A program made the position numbers and the translations under genes. Below are positions 47,797-57,602 of a DNA stretch of 64,000 nt, one piece after another. A model generated the notes under the pieces. It searched no databases. It was not told the origin of the DNA and saw only the letters and a list, made by a program, of their open reading frames with translations. The DNA is from Patescibacteria group bacterium (GTDB lineage Bacteria; Patescibacteriota; Patescibacteriia; UBA2591; JAQUPP01), in the NCBI GenBank assembly GCA_028716665.1, contig JAQUPP010000002.1, positions 203,717 through 267,716 of the forward strand. The letters are read 5' to 3'. How positions within the stretch are numbered: position 1 is the stretch's first letter; each line of letters begins with the position of its first letter.

Positions 47797-47994
47797 TTAG
47801 CCCTCATCTCCTAAGGGTATTTTTCTTAGACATTTTTTGACGTTTTTTATTAGCAACCAAATTTTATAAATAATCATTGCCATTCCTACTATTAGCCACA
47901 TTATTGCCAAACTAGCCGGAATAAAAGGAAAGACAATAAAGATAAAAATTACTCCTACATTTGACAGCTTGGGCCATTTATATAATTTTTCCAT
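47797..47994 (-). CDS. Small membrane protein (cassette)
   Basis: AGGAGG SD, hydrophobic, with a GGGGTTGACA promoter upstream. Confidence 0.65.
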   Translation of the reverse strand: MEKLYKWPKLSNVGVIFIFIVFPFIPASLAIMWLIVGMAMIIYKIWLLIKNVKKCLRKIPLGDEG

Positions 47995-48187
47995 TATTTC
48001 CTCCTATCTGCGCGGGCAGATTATTTAATTTCAATGAACTTATTTTTAGCTTTTATAAAAAATATTTTAGCGTATTTTTCGGTTTTTGTCAACCCCGTCT
48101 TAATTAACTTGACAAAAATCAAAAAATTTGTTATTTTTACTTTATATAAAGTTCATTAAATTAAAAGAAAAAAAAGGGGGGGGATCT

Positions 48188-48493
48188 ATGGGAAAAAAGA
48201 AAGAAAATAAAATATCTCCGTTGGTGGTTAAGGAATTAGTAAAGAATAGAGAAGAGCTTTACGAAAAAATAAAGAAAGAATTAACACCGGTGATGCTGAA
48301 GGCAATTGGGTGCGCCGAGAAAGCTAAAGGATACAAGGATTATTGGGATCTTTTTAAGGAGTTGGGAATCATTTTTGACCTGAGAATGGACGATTACGAA
48401 AGGATAATCGCAGAACTAGAAAAGGAAGGGGCTATAAAAAAGGGTTGGGCGGCTTGTAGGGGCGGTTTCTTAACAATAAAAAATGATAAATAA
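48188..48493 (+). CDS. Hypothetical protein, possibly winged-helix-like (cassette)
   Basis: G-rich SD, own TTGACA promoter, terminator at ~48503-48535, and IIAELEKEGAI. Confidence 0.6.
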   Translation: MGKKKENKISPLVVKELVKNREELYEKIKKELTPVMLKAIGCAEKAKGYKDYWDLFKELGIIFDLRMDDYERIIAELEKEGAIKKGWAACRGGFLTIKNDK

Positions 48494-48564
48494 AGATTAA
48501 ATTAAATGGGAGCAAATATATTTGCTCCCATTTTTCTTTTCTCTCTGAGTCCCAGTACCCCTTT

Positions 48565-48900
48565 TTAATTTAAAATATCTAACATTTCCAATAATTCTTG
48601 TTTTATTTCATCCGGCGGTACGGTATTTCTGTCCGGATATTGCTGTTTCAAATCAAAAAGTTTTTGTTTCAAAATTTCCAGTTTTTCTTGAGCAGTATTA
48701 TATTTTTCCAATCCAAGTTCATCTTCAACTTTTTTATCAGACATCATAATTTCAATCGCGAAAACCCGGCTGGTAAAACAGGCGAGCCATGAATTTACTG
48801 TTCTTTGAAATTCTTTTTCGATTCCTTCTGAGGATTTTGAAATAGTATTTTTGATTTCATTAATTCTGTTTTCAGAAGATTGTTTTTCAAAATTTTCCAT
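48565..48900 (-). CDS. Hypothetical protein
   Basis: Last gene of a tightly packed minus-strand operon. Confidence 0.6.
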   Translation of the reverse strand: MENFEKQSSENRINEIKNTISKSSEGIEKEFQRTVNSWLACFTSRVFAIEIMMSDKKVEDELGLEKYNTAQEKLEILKQKLFDLKQQYPDRNTVPPDEIKQELLEMLDILN

Positions 48901-48909
48901 ATAATTTTT

Positions 48910-49278
48910 TTAAGAAATTGATGCGAGTCTCATAAGAATATTTTTGTCAATTATTGTATAAGCCCAAAGCGCGGCCGGCAGGGGAGGATCTTTCTGCATC
49001 ATAGGAATTTCAGCGGAGCAGAGATAGGTTAAATTGCGTCTCATTTCGTTTTCGTCAACAGTATCAGGCAGATTAATAATTTCTTTAGTCGCCGAATAAA
49101 GGTCCGGGATGGTCCAGGCGTCTATAATTTTACCAATCGCCGGTTTATATTTATTTTTAAATTCTTCAAATTCTTTGGGATCCGAAGGAATTTGATCGAA
49201 AATAGAAGAATAACCCATGATAATTTGCTTATCGGATTTTTCCGGCGAAAAACTTTTTTCTCTAAATTGCTCGGTCAT
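48910..49278 (-). CDS. Hypothetical protein
   Basis: Operonic ORF. Confidence 0.6.
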   Translation of the reverse strand: MTEQFREKSFSPEKSDKQIIMGYSSIFDQIPSDPKEFEEFKNKYKPAIGKIIDAWTIPDLYSATKEIINLPDTVDENEMRRNLTYLCSAEIPMMQKDPPLPAALWAYTIIDKNILMRLASIS

Positions 49279-49279
49279 A

Positions 49280-50122
49280 TTATTTTTTTGTTAAAACTAA
49301 AATTTCTTGGTTCATTGATTCGTTGCCTTGATTGTCTTGTTTGACAAAATCTTTCCAATCACCAAGAAAAATGTCAAAACCCGAAGATTCGGCAAGTTGT
49401 TTAATTTTTTCCGCAGAGTAAAAATATTTTACTGTTTCCGCTCCTTCCAAATAACCGGAATTAGGATCGCCCGACACTTTGAAAAATTTGACTGTAAAAT
49501 TATCTCCGTCTTTTAATATCCTGATTTCATTGTCGGGAAATTGTTCGCCGTTATATAAAAAGCGTGCGTTTGTTGAATAACTTTTTAATTCCGGACTTGA
49601 ACTGCCGATCGTGGCGATAAGCTTGCCGCCATTTTTTAATTTCAGCGCAAGCAGTTTGAATAATTCATTAAGATTATTTAGGTGATCAATTGTGTATTTC
49701 ATCAAAGCCAGATCAAGTTTTTCATTCTCAAGGCCTTGTAAATATTCTAATATTTCGCTTTTGACAAACGATATAACTTCTTTTCGATTCTGATATTTTT
49801 CGTCAGAAATATATTTCCCCGCCAATTCAAGCATATATGGCGAAATGTCCACCCAATCAATATGGCCGCGCGGTTCTTTTAGTAACTTGTTGAAAAATTC
49901 ATGATATCTGTCGGGATGCGCGCCTCCGCCCAATTCAGCAGCGTAAATCGGATCAGGTATATCTTTTATTTCCTGTATAATCGTTCGATCAACGATTTCC
50001 GCGACTTTGAAATTTTTATCGTTTTGCTCAAGCTCGGCGAATTTTTCGGCAATTTCCGGCGAGAAATACATTTCTAATCCTTTGTGATTATTGAAATGAT
50101 TTTTTATTTTTTCTTGATCCAT
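49280..50122 (-). CDS. Class I SAM-dependent methyltransferase
   Basis: AAELGGG, WVDISPYML and LKNGGKLI. Confidence 0.75.
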   Translation of the reverse strand: MDQEKIKNHFNNHKGLEMYFSPEIAEKFAELEQNDKNFKVAEIVDRTIIQEIKDIPDPIYAAELGGGAHPDRYHEFFNKLLKEPRGHIDWVDISPYMLELAGKYISDEKYQNRKEVISFVKSEILEYLQGLENEKLDLALMKYTIDHLNNLNELFKLLALKLKNGGKLIATIGSSSPELKSYSTNARFLYNGEQFPDNEIRILKDGDNFTVKFFKVSGDPNSGYLEGAETVKYFYSAEKIKQLAESSGFDIFLGDWKDFVKQDNQGNESMNQEILVLTKK

Positions 50123-50128
50123 AAAAAA

Positions 50129-50638
50129 TTATAATTTTTTTCCAAAAATATAACGGCCTTCAACTTGATTTTTTTCTAATACTTTGTCAAAAGGATATTT
50201 TTTCAGATCCTCGTCGGATAAAATTTGATAATTATTTTTTTTATAAAAATTTGTGGCCCAGACCGCCTTTTGGTCAGTTTCTAATACCAACACTAATGCG
50301 TTTAATTTTTTCGCGAATTCTTCTATTTTATTCAAGAAAATACTGCCAAAACCTTTCTTCTGATATTTGGGATCAATATATATCATACTTAACCATACGG
50401 TTTGGGGATTTTTTAAACGAAAAGATGAATATCCGATAATAGCGCCGTTCTCATTATAAGCGCACAAATATTCTCTACTTTTTTCTCCCTTTATTAAATT
50501 ATCAATTGATTCGGAAGCGCAATCATATTCTTTGAATTCTTGCGGAGAAAAAATATTGAGATAAATTTGATCGGCATTATTTACCAAATTAACTATTTGA
50601 GGATATTCAGATTTTTGAGGTTTATCAAATTTTATCAT
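50129..50638 (-). CDS. GNAT N-acetyltransferase
   Basis: IYIDPKYQKKGFGS and ATNFYKKNNY. Confidence 0.88.
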   Translation of the reverse strand: MIKFDKPQKSEYPQIVNLVNNADQIYLNIFSPQEFKEYDCASESIDNLIKGEKSREYLCAYNENGAIIGYSSFRLKNPQTVWLSMIYIDPKYQKKGFGSIFLNKIEEFAKKLNALVLVLETDQKAVWATNFYKKNNYQILSDEDLKKYPFDKVLEKNQVEGRYIFGKKL

Positions 50639-50647
50639 ATTAATTTT

Positions 50648-50965
50648 TTAAGAATGTTTTTCATTCATTTTATCCCAATCCCAATCTCTTTTCTTGTTTG
50701 AATTTATTTTTTTTAATATTGATTTCTCAACATCTATATTTAAAACACCGCAAAGATGCAGAATGCGCTGAACAGCATCGCCCAATTTTTCTTTAAGACC
50801 GTTTTTGCCGTTAATATTTTTATGGCGATAAGCCTCAAATGCTTCGGAAATTTCCGAATGAATTAAAGCGATTTTTTCCGCCACATTAATTTCTTTTGGT
50901 TTTACGCCAAATCCTTTTTGTTTGGCTTGCTTCATAATTAAGTCTGTTAATTGTTGTATTGTCAT
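50648..50965 (-). CDS. MazG-like nucleotide pyrophosphohydrolase
   Basis: KIALIHSEISEAFEAYR...EKLGD...KINSNKKR. Confidence 0.75.
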   Translation of the reverse strand: MTIQQLTDLIMKQAKQKGFGVKPKEINVAEKIALIHSEISEAFEAYRHKNINGKNGLKEKLGDAVQRILHLCGVLNIDVEKSILKKINSNKKRDWDWDKMNEKHS

Positions 50966-51058
50966 AAAAGTATTTTAATAAATTTTGTGCCAAATTATTG
51001 ACTTTAGCTCTTAATTATAGTAAAATTATAGCATAATTAAGGCTTTCGTAAAGAATCT

Positions 51059-52201
51059 ATGAATATCGCTCATATTGTTTCAACATTTCCTCCTTATTTC
51101 GGCGGAATGGGTAATACCTGTTATTCCCAGGTTAAAGAATTCGCAAAAAGGGGACATAATGTTTTAGTTTTAACGCCAAGATACGGAGGTAAGAAATTAC
51201 CAGCTCAAAGTCCTGATTTTCGGGTTATTTATTTAAAACCGTTTTTAAAATTCGGAAATGCCGCCATGGTGCCGCAAGTTACTTGGCATCTGAAAGATTT
51301 TGACATTATTCATCTTCATTGGCCGTTTATCGGGGCTGAATTTATTATTTTCGCCAAACTTTGCGGTTTGATCAAGAAATCGTTGGTTGTTCAATATCAA
51401 ATGGATTTGGTTGATCGCGGCTGGCGCGGAATATTTTTTAAACTTTACAGTTTAATTTTTATTCCTTTATTGGCCAGAGCGGCGGACAAAATTTTAGTTT
51501 CTTCGTTTGATTACGCCCATTATTCCCATATCAGACGATATGTTGATCGTTTTGAAAAAAAATTTATTGCCGTGCCGCTGGGAGTGGACACCAGCAAATT
51601 TTATCTTCAACCCAAAGACGAAGAATTATTGAAAAAATATAATTTGTCTTATCGCGAGAAAATTGTTTTATTTGTCGGCGGACTGGATCGGGCGCATTAT
51701 TTCAAGGGGATTGATGTTTTAATCAAGGCCATCGCTGATATAAATTGCAAATTGATTATTGTCGGCGAAGGCGATTTGAAACCGAAATATCAAGCGCTGA
51801 CCAATAATTTAAATATAAAAGAAAAAGTTATTTTTGCCGGCCATGTTTCAGATGAAGATTTGCCTAAATATTATAACTTGGCCGATGTTTGCGTTTTGCC
51901 GTCAATCGGCCGTTCCGAGGCATTTGGTTTGGTCTTGGTTGAAGCCATGGCTTGCGCCAAGCCGATTATTGTTTCCGATTTGCCCGGACCGAGAACCTTG
52001 GTTCAAAATAACGGCTTTAAAGTTAAAATTCGTGACGTTAATGATTTAAGGCAAAAAATATCTTTAATTTTGGAAGATCAAGTTTTAGCCAATCAACTCG
52101 GCGCTCAAAGTTTTAAATTGGTGAAAGAACAATATAATTGGCCGACCTCGGTTCAAAAATTAGAACAAATTTACCATGAAGAAATTGTTTTTAAAAATTA
52201 G
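51059..52201 (+). CDS. Glycosyltransferase family 4
   Basis: PPYFGGMG, FKGIDVLI and EAFGLVLVEAMAC. Confidence 0.93.
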   Translation: MNIAHIVSTFPPYFGGMGNTCYSQVKEFAKRGHNVLVLTPRYGGKKLPAQSPDFRVIYLKPFLKFGNAAMVPQVTWHLKDFDIIHLHWPFIGAEFIIFAKLCGLIKKSLVVQYQMDLVDRGWRGIFFKLYSLIFIPLLARAADKILVSSFDYAHYSHIRRYVDRFEKKFIAVPLGVDTSKFYLQPKDEELLKKYNLSYREKIVLFVGGLDRAHYFKGIDVLIKAIADINCKLIIVGEGDLKPKYQALTNNLNIKEKVIFAGHVSDEDLPKYYNLADVCVLPSIGRSEAFGLVLVEAMACAKPIIVSDLPGPRTLVQNNGFKVKIRDVNDLRQKISLILEDQVLANQLGAQSFKLVKEQYNWPTSVQKLEQIYHEEIVFKN

Positions 52202-54458
52202 AGAAGACAAAAATTTTGTTTTTACGTTAATTGCGATACTCTGCGCAGTCGGTTGGTTTTTAAATTTTCAGTTTTGGCACATTTCGGGATTTTATTTATT
52301 GTTTTCTGTTTTTTATTTTCTAATCAATTCCGTTTGGTTGGGGAAAATTTTAGCGCGTTTTGGTTTTGAAAAAGAGTTTCAATTTATTTTCGGATTATTT
52401 TTGTTGTTTTTTTTAATCGCTTTCGGCATGGCCGTGCCGATTGTTCTTTATAAAATAACGCCGATTTATTTGGCGTTATTATTGATTTTACTGACAATTA
52501 TCATTTCTTTATCAAGCCGTTTGAAAAGAAAAGGGGAGGACGAAGAAATGGAAAAAGAATTGGTACTGGTTGAAAATAAAGAAAAAATTAAAATTCCAAA
52601 ATTTGTTTATGGTTTATTCGGCCTTGCTTATATTTTTTGCTGGTTTTTACTTTTCAGGGCGAGAACAGGGGCTGATATCCGTTCGCCGTGGACAGTAATT
52701 CATCCTTTTTATCTTTATGGCTGGCTGTTCATAATTTTTGTCATCGGGCTTTTTATTTTTTCAAAATGCCGTTTAAAGACATTTTTATTTTTCATTATTT
52801 TAACTTCTTTGCTTTTGCATTCTTATTTGTTGATAACATATCAAACCGGTTTTGGCGGCGATAAATGGCGGCATCTTGGCGCTGAACAATGGCTGATGGA
52901 CGGTCATATTTACACGCCGTCTCTCTTTGGCGAACAGATTTCTTACAAGCAATTGGGGCCGATAAAAATTCCCGAAGTTTTGATCGCGGGCAATAAAACT
53001 TCTTACGCCAATATGTGGGGGATAACAATCGCTCTTTCTTGGCTGACGAAAATTGATATTTTTTATATTGATCTTTTTTTGGGTTTATTGTTGTTCTCAA
53101 TATTTTTGCCGTTTTTACTTTTGAAAATCGGCAGTTTATTCTCCAAAAAGAAAGAATTTTTGTGCTTGTTGGTTTTATCGCCGGTTTTATTTTTTCCTTT
53201 TCAAATTTACGGCAGTATTACTGTGCCGCAGGCTTTCGGCTTTCTGCCATTTTTATTTTCTCTGATTTTTCTTTTGGAATATTTCATGGATAAATTTTCT
53301 TTTCGCCAGCTGCTCAAAAGACTGGTTTTTTTAATTCCATTTTTATATTTTAATTACGTTCTTTATTTGGTTGTTTTCGTGGAAATATTTATTTTAGTAT
53401 TTTTGCTTAAGAATTTTTATAAATTCAAACGCGGCAAAATGATTTGGCTGGCCCTGATTTTTATTTGTTTTTTGGCCTTAGTGTTTTTAATTCCCTTGCT
53501 TGATACGAATAATCAATATTCATCTTTTAAAAAGAATTTAACTTCAACTGATTTTAAAAGCGCTTTGATAAATTTTCCGATTAGAATTTTAACTTCAGAC
53601 GCCATCTTTCCGCGTCTTTATCGGATGGAACAGGATAATTGGCTTTATTCACAGACGGGCGAATATCTTTCCAGGGCAACTCTGTTGAAGGCCTTGCCTT
53701 GGCATTTGATACTTACGCCGATAATTTTATTTTTAATAATTTTGGGAATTATTAATTATCGTAAATTATTTCAACCGAAAATCGGACATCTTTTTGTTTT
53801 AGTTTTGGTTATTTTTTTGCTGAACCAATTTATCAGTTCTTATTTCATGGAGGGCAATCATATTTTTTCCAAGCGATTGGTGATTTTAACTTCTTTCTTG
53901 ATGATGATTCCGTTGGCATGGGGGATTTATTGTTTAACCGAATATTCCAAATCTGTTTTTTCGCGCAAAGTTATAATTTTTGCTTTGATAATTATAATCG
54001 GTTTAACCTCCACTACCGTTTATGCTTCCGGACCGAAGTCTCAAACCGTTTCTTCGGATGAATTGGCGGCCGCCAAATATGTTTGGGGAAAAATCAATTC
54101 AGGTGAATTGGCGAATAAACACTGCGTTTTAGCCAATACTTGGCCACTTTTGGCCTTAGAGGCGGCTTCGGGAAAACAAATCGTTACGGGCGGATTTCCT
54201 TATTATATTGAATATCGCCAGCCCGAAAGAGTTCAATTGTTTGACAACATGAATACTGCTCCGTCAATTCGTTATATTGAAAAAGCCATGGAAGTAACCG
54301 GCGCAAATCAGTGTTATTTTATGACTGAAGGAAGATGGATGTTGTTTAATCGCAAAGATCAAATTATTAATCAGCTTGATTCCATATTGGGTAATCATCA
54401 AAATATCGGACAGGTGATGATTTGGTTGTATCAGCCCAATATAGTCAATAGTTATTAG
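52176..54458 (+). CDS. Polytopic membrane protein, probable GT-C fold glycosyltransferase
   Basis: Many TM helices, a GGDKWRH loop and glycosyltransferase neighbours. Confidence 0.6.
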   Translation: MKKLFLKIREDKNFVFTLIAILCAVGWFLNFQFWHISGFYLLFSVFYFLINSVWLGKILARFGFEKEFQFIFGLFLLFFLIAFGMAVPIVLYKITPIYLALLLILLTIIISLSSRLKRKGEDEEMEKELVLVENKEKIKIPKFVYGLFGLAYIFCWFLLFRARTGADIRSPWTVIHPFYLYGWLFIIFVIGLFIFSKCRLKTFLFFIILTSLLLHSYLLITYQTGFGGDKWRHLGAEQWLMDGHIYTPSLFGEQISYKQLGPIKIPEVLIAGNKTSYANMWGITIALSWLTKIDIFYIDLFLGLLLFSIFLPFLLLKIGSLFSKKKEFLCLLVLSPVLFFPFQIYGSITVPQAFGFLPFLFSLIFLLEYFMDKFSFRQLLKRLVFLIPFLYFNYVLYLVVFVEIFILVFLLKNFYKFKRGKMIWLALIFICFLALVFLIPLLDTNNQYSSFKKNLTSTDFKSALINFPIRILTSDAIFPRLYRMEQDNWLYSQTGEYLSRATLLKALPWHLILTPIILFLIILGIINYRKLFQPKIGHLFVLVLVIFLLNQFISSYFMEGNHIFSKRLVILTSFLMMIPLAWGIYCLTEYSKSVFSRKVIIFALIIIIGLTSTTVYASGPKSQTVSSDELAAAKYVWGKINSGELANKHCVLANTWPLLALEAASGKQIVTGGFPYYIEYRQPERVQLFDNMNTAPSIRYIEKAMEVTGANQCYFMTEGRWMLFNRKDQIINQLDSILGNHQNIGQVMIWLYQPNIVNSY

Positions 54459-54538
54459 TTGGTGGTTTTAGTTTATGGTTTTCAGTTTAACACTTAACCG
54501 AACAACCATAACTATCAACCAAAAACTATAAACCATTA
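54459..54538. repeat. Heptamer-built inverted repeat element, copy 1
   Basis: TGGTT-rich left half and AACCATA/AACTATC/AACCAAA/AACTATA/AACCATT right half, similar to 62646-62726. Confidence 0.6.
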
Positions 54539-54547
54539 AATGGTTAT

Positions 54548-55165
54548 ATGAAAATTATTTTAAAAATTTATACTATTTTATTAATCATCGGCGTGCTTTT
54601 CTTTTTTGGTTGGCTGGTTTATAAAAATTTGGTAGTTACGGGAAAACTTTTTTTGGTCAATGATTTTTGCAATGAGTCTCAGGTTGTTTCCAATCTTTAT
54701 CCGGAAAATAGGGTAGGGGGCGTGGAAAAAGAAAATGATATTTGTTCTCAGCGCATTTTTACCGAACCGGTTTATTTTAAAGTGAAAATTTCACGAACTT
54801 TTTCCAAAGCGAAAATTAAAGTTGTCTATGAAGATGAAGGACAATCGCTTGTTCAACTTGGCCTGATGAAAAGAAAAATAACTCCTCTTGATTGGCGATT
54901 TGATTTACAATCAACCGAAGATCAAATTATTAATCATATTTCAAAAGATAATTTGGAAGAGCAGAGCGCGGAATTTTCTGTCAGCTTGGACGATATCACG
55001 GATCATTCTCTGGAATTCATTATTTCCGTGCCCGGTTTGACTGACGGCCGCCATCAAATAAAAATCAGAAGAATAGAAGTTGAACTGAGCCGATCAACTC
55101 AAGATTGGAAAACTATTTTTGCGGACTTGAAAAATTATTTGCTTAGAAAAATAAATAAATTTTAA
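54548..55165 (+). CDS. Membrane-anchored hypothetical protein
   Basis: N-terminal TM, long ORF. Confidence 0.65.
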   Translation: MKIILKIYTILLIIGVLFFFGWLVYKNLVVTGKLFLVNDFCNESQVVSNLYPENRVGGVEKENDICSQRIFTEPVYFKVKISRTFSKAKIKVVYEDEGQSLVQLGLMKRKITPLDWRFDLQSTEDQIINHISKDNLEEQSAEFSVSLDDITDHSLEFIISVPGLTDGRHQIKIRRIEVELSRSTQDWKTIFADLKNYLLRKINKF

Positions 55166-55166
55166 A

Positions 55167-55382
55167 ATGAATATATTATTTAAAAAAATTGCCGGGATTG
55201 CTTATTATTTTTTGCGTAATACTTTTATAATCGTGGGTATATGTTTTTTGTTGCTTATAATTGCCGAAGATCTTCAGCCGGGTTTTTTCTCATTTTGGTT
55301 TGATATAAAAGGCCTGACTATCGGAGTAATAGCCAGCGGCATTTTGGCTCTGTTTTCTTCTAAATTTGTTAATCAATCTTAA
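55167..55382 (+). CDS. Small two-TM membrane protein
   Basis: Hydrophobic, EDLQPGF, operonic. Confidence 0.6.
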   Translation: MNILFKKIAGIAYYFLRNTFIIVGICFLLLIIAEDLQPGFFSFWFDIKGLTIGVIASGILALFSSKFVNQS

Positions 55383-55422
55383 TTTTGACATTTTAAGGAT
55401 AATAATTTATACTTATACTATT

Positions 55423-56457
55423 ATGAATACCTTACTCATTGTTTTAATCGTAGTTTTTATCGGCGGATTCATCGGCCTGGCTGTTTTTTTGAACAAGCGT
55501 TTCGGAACAGGGAAGGGCGATCAGAGTTTTTTATTGATTCAAAACCAGATTAATGAATTGAATAAAACCATAGATAATAAGCTTGGCCAGTCAAATCAGA
55601 TATTGCAGCAGCAATTCAGCCAAAGCGCTCAAATTATCAGAGAGGTTACTGAGCATTTGACCAAATTGGACGAGACCAATAAGCAGGTTATAAATTTTAC
55701 CGAACAATTGCAGAGCCTGCAGGATATTTTAAAAAATCCGAAACAAAGAGGAATTCTCGGTGAATATTATTTGGAAACGCTTTTGAAAAATATTTTGCCG
55801 CCCGACACTTATAAAATGCAATATAAATTTTTGGACGGGGAAATTGTTGACGCAGTCGTATTTGTGGGAAATAAAATAATTCCGGTTGATTCAAAATTCA
55901 GTTTGGAAAATTATAATCGTATTATTGAAGAAAAAAATCAAGCGGAAAAAGATAAGCTGGAAAAACAATTTGTCAGTGATCTGAAACAAAGAGTCACGGA
56001 AACAGCGAAATATATTCGGCCGAACGAAAATACGATGGATTTCGCTTTTATGTTCATTCCTCACGAGGCGATTTATTATGATCTCTTGATTAATAAAATC
56101 GGCAGCATAACAGGGGATACAGAAAGTATTATTCAGCGGGCAGCCGGCAAATATCACGTGATTATTGTTTCACCGACGAGTTTTCTCGCTTATTTACAAA
56201 CCGTCTTACAAGGTTTGAAAGCGCTTAAAATTGAGGAATCAATTAAAGAAATTATTAAAAATGTCGGCGATGTCGGCAAGCATCTTTTAAGTTATGAAGA
56301 ATATATGAAAAAATTGGGCAATAATCTCGGAACGACAGTTGGCATGTATAATTCCGCATACAAAGAATTTAAAAAAATTGACAAAGATATAACGAAAATT
56401 GCCGGAGGAAAAAGCGGCGTTGACCCGCTTGAACTTGAAAAACCGAGTAATGAATAA
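55423..56457 (+). CDS. rmuC: DNA recombination protein RmuC
   Basis: LKNPKQRGILGE, VDSKFSLENY, KYIRP..TMDFAFMFIP.E and VSPTS. Start moved to 55423. Confidence 0.92.
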   Translation: MNTLLIVLIVVFIGGFIGLAVFLNKRFGTGKGDQSFLLIQNQINELNKTIDNKLGQSNQILQQQFSQSAQIIREVTEHLTKLDETNKQVINFTEQLQSLQDILKNPKQRGILGEYYLETLLKNILPPDTYKMQYKFLDGEIVDAVVFVGNKIIPVDSKFSLENYNRIIEEKNQAEKDKLEKQFVSDLKQRVTETAKYIRPNENTMDFAFMFIPHEAIYYDLLINKIGSITGDTESIIQRAAGKYHVIIVSPTSFLAYLQTVLQGLKALKIEESIKEIIKNVGDVGKHLLSYEEYMKKLGNNLGTTVGMYNSAYKEFKKIDKDITKIAGGKSGVDPLELEKPSNE

Positions 56458-56460
56458 AAT

Positions 56461-57594
56461 ATGAAAAATAAAAAATTTTTCGAAGCTATTGCTGTTTTAA
56501 TCGGAACAATTGTCGGAGCGGGAATTTTTGGCTTGCCGTATGCTTTTAATAAATCGGGCTTTATGGTGGGCCTTTTTTATTTATTGATTTTAGGCGGAGT
56601 ATTTTTAATAACCAGTTTTTGTTATGGTGAGATAGTCTTGCGCACCAAGGATCAATTGGAAATGTCAGGTTATACCGAACGTTATTTGGGCAAAAAGGGC
56701 AAGATTATAATGACTGTTTCTTTAATATTGGGAATCTATGCCGCCTTAGTGGCTTATATTATCGGCGTCGGTCAATTTTTACAAGCGATTTTAGGGCCGA
56801 TTTTGGGGGGCAGTCAATTTTTTTGGTCTTTGATTTTTTGGGCTTGCGTCAGCTTGATTGTTTTAAAAGGTATCGGCATTGTCAGTAAAATGGAATTATT
56901 AATGACCGGCGGTCTTATTTTTATCGCTTTGTTTATTTTTATTTTCAGTTTTCCTTATATCCATCTTGATAATCTCAAAACATTTCATCCCGCGAATTTA
57001 TTTTTTCCTTACGGCATAGTTTTATTCGCTTTGGGTGGAGCAACCGCTATTCCGACAATGCGCCGTTTGCTTAATGAAAAAACCAAATGGCTTAAACCAA
57101 CGATATTTTTGGGTCATCTTATTCCGATTATCGTTTATATTATTTTTACTTTTGCCGTGATCGGAGTGTGCGGAAAAGATACTTCCGAAACTGCCATTCT
57201 CGGACTGGCTGCCAAAACAAGCAACTTAATACTTCTTGTCTGCGGAATTTTCGGCGTTTTAGCCATAAGCACTTCTTTCTTGTCTTTGAGTTATGTTTTA
57301 AAAGAAGTTTTCCAAAGAGATTATAAAATTCCCGTTTTATCAAGTTGGGGATTAACGGTTTTTATTCCGCTGATTTTATTTTTATTCGGATTAAACAGTT
57401 TTGTGAGTGTCATTGGTTTTTCCGGCGGCATTCTTTCAGGTATTCAAAGTATTATTTTAATAACAATTTTTTACAAAGCGAAAAAAATGGGCGACAGAAC
57501 ACCGGAATATAATTTTAATCTGGCTAAGCCCTTGGCTTGTCTCATTTGTTTGATGTTTGTCGGAGGAATTATTTATCAAATTATTTATCATTAA
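56461..57594 (+). CDS. Aromatic amino acid permease family transporter
   Basis: IGTIVGAGIFGLPY and multiple TMs. Confidence 0.85.
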   Translation: MKNKKFFEAIAVLIGTIVGAGIFGLPYAFNKSGFMVGLFYLLILGGVFLITSFCYGEIVLRTKDQLEMSGYTERYLGKKGKIIMTVSLILGIYAALVAYIIGVGQFLQAILGPILGGSQFFWSLIFWACVSLIVLKGIGIVSKMELLMTGGLIFIALFIFIFSFPYIHLDNLKTFHPANLFFPYGIVLFALGGATAIPTMRRLLNEKTKWLKPTIFLGHLIPIIVYIIFTFAVIGVCGKDTSETAILGLAAKTSNLILLVCGIFGVLAISTSFLSLSYVLKEVFQRDYKIPVLSSWGLTVFIPLILFLFGLNSFVSVIGFSGGILSGIQSIILITIFYKAKKMGDRTPEYNFNLAKPLACLICLMFVGGIIYQIIYH

Positions 57595-57602
57595 TAAACG
57601 AT

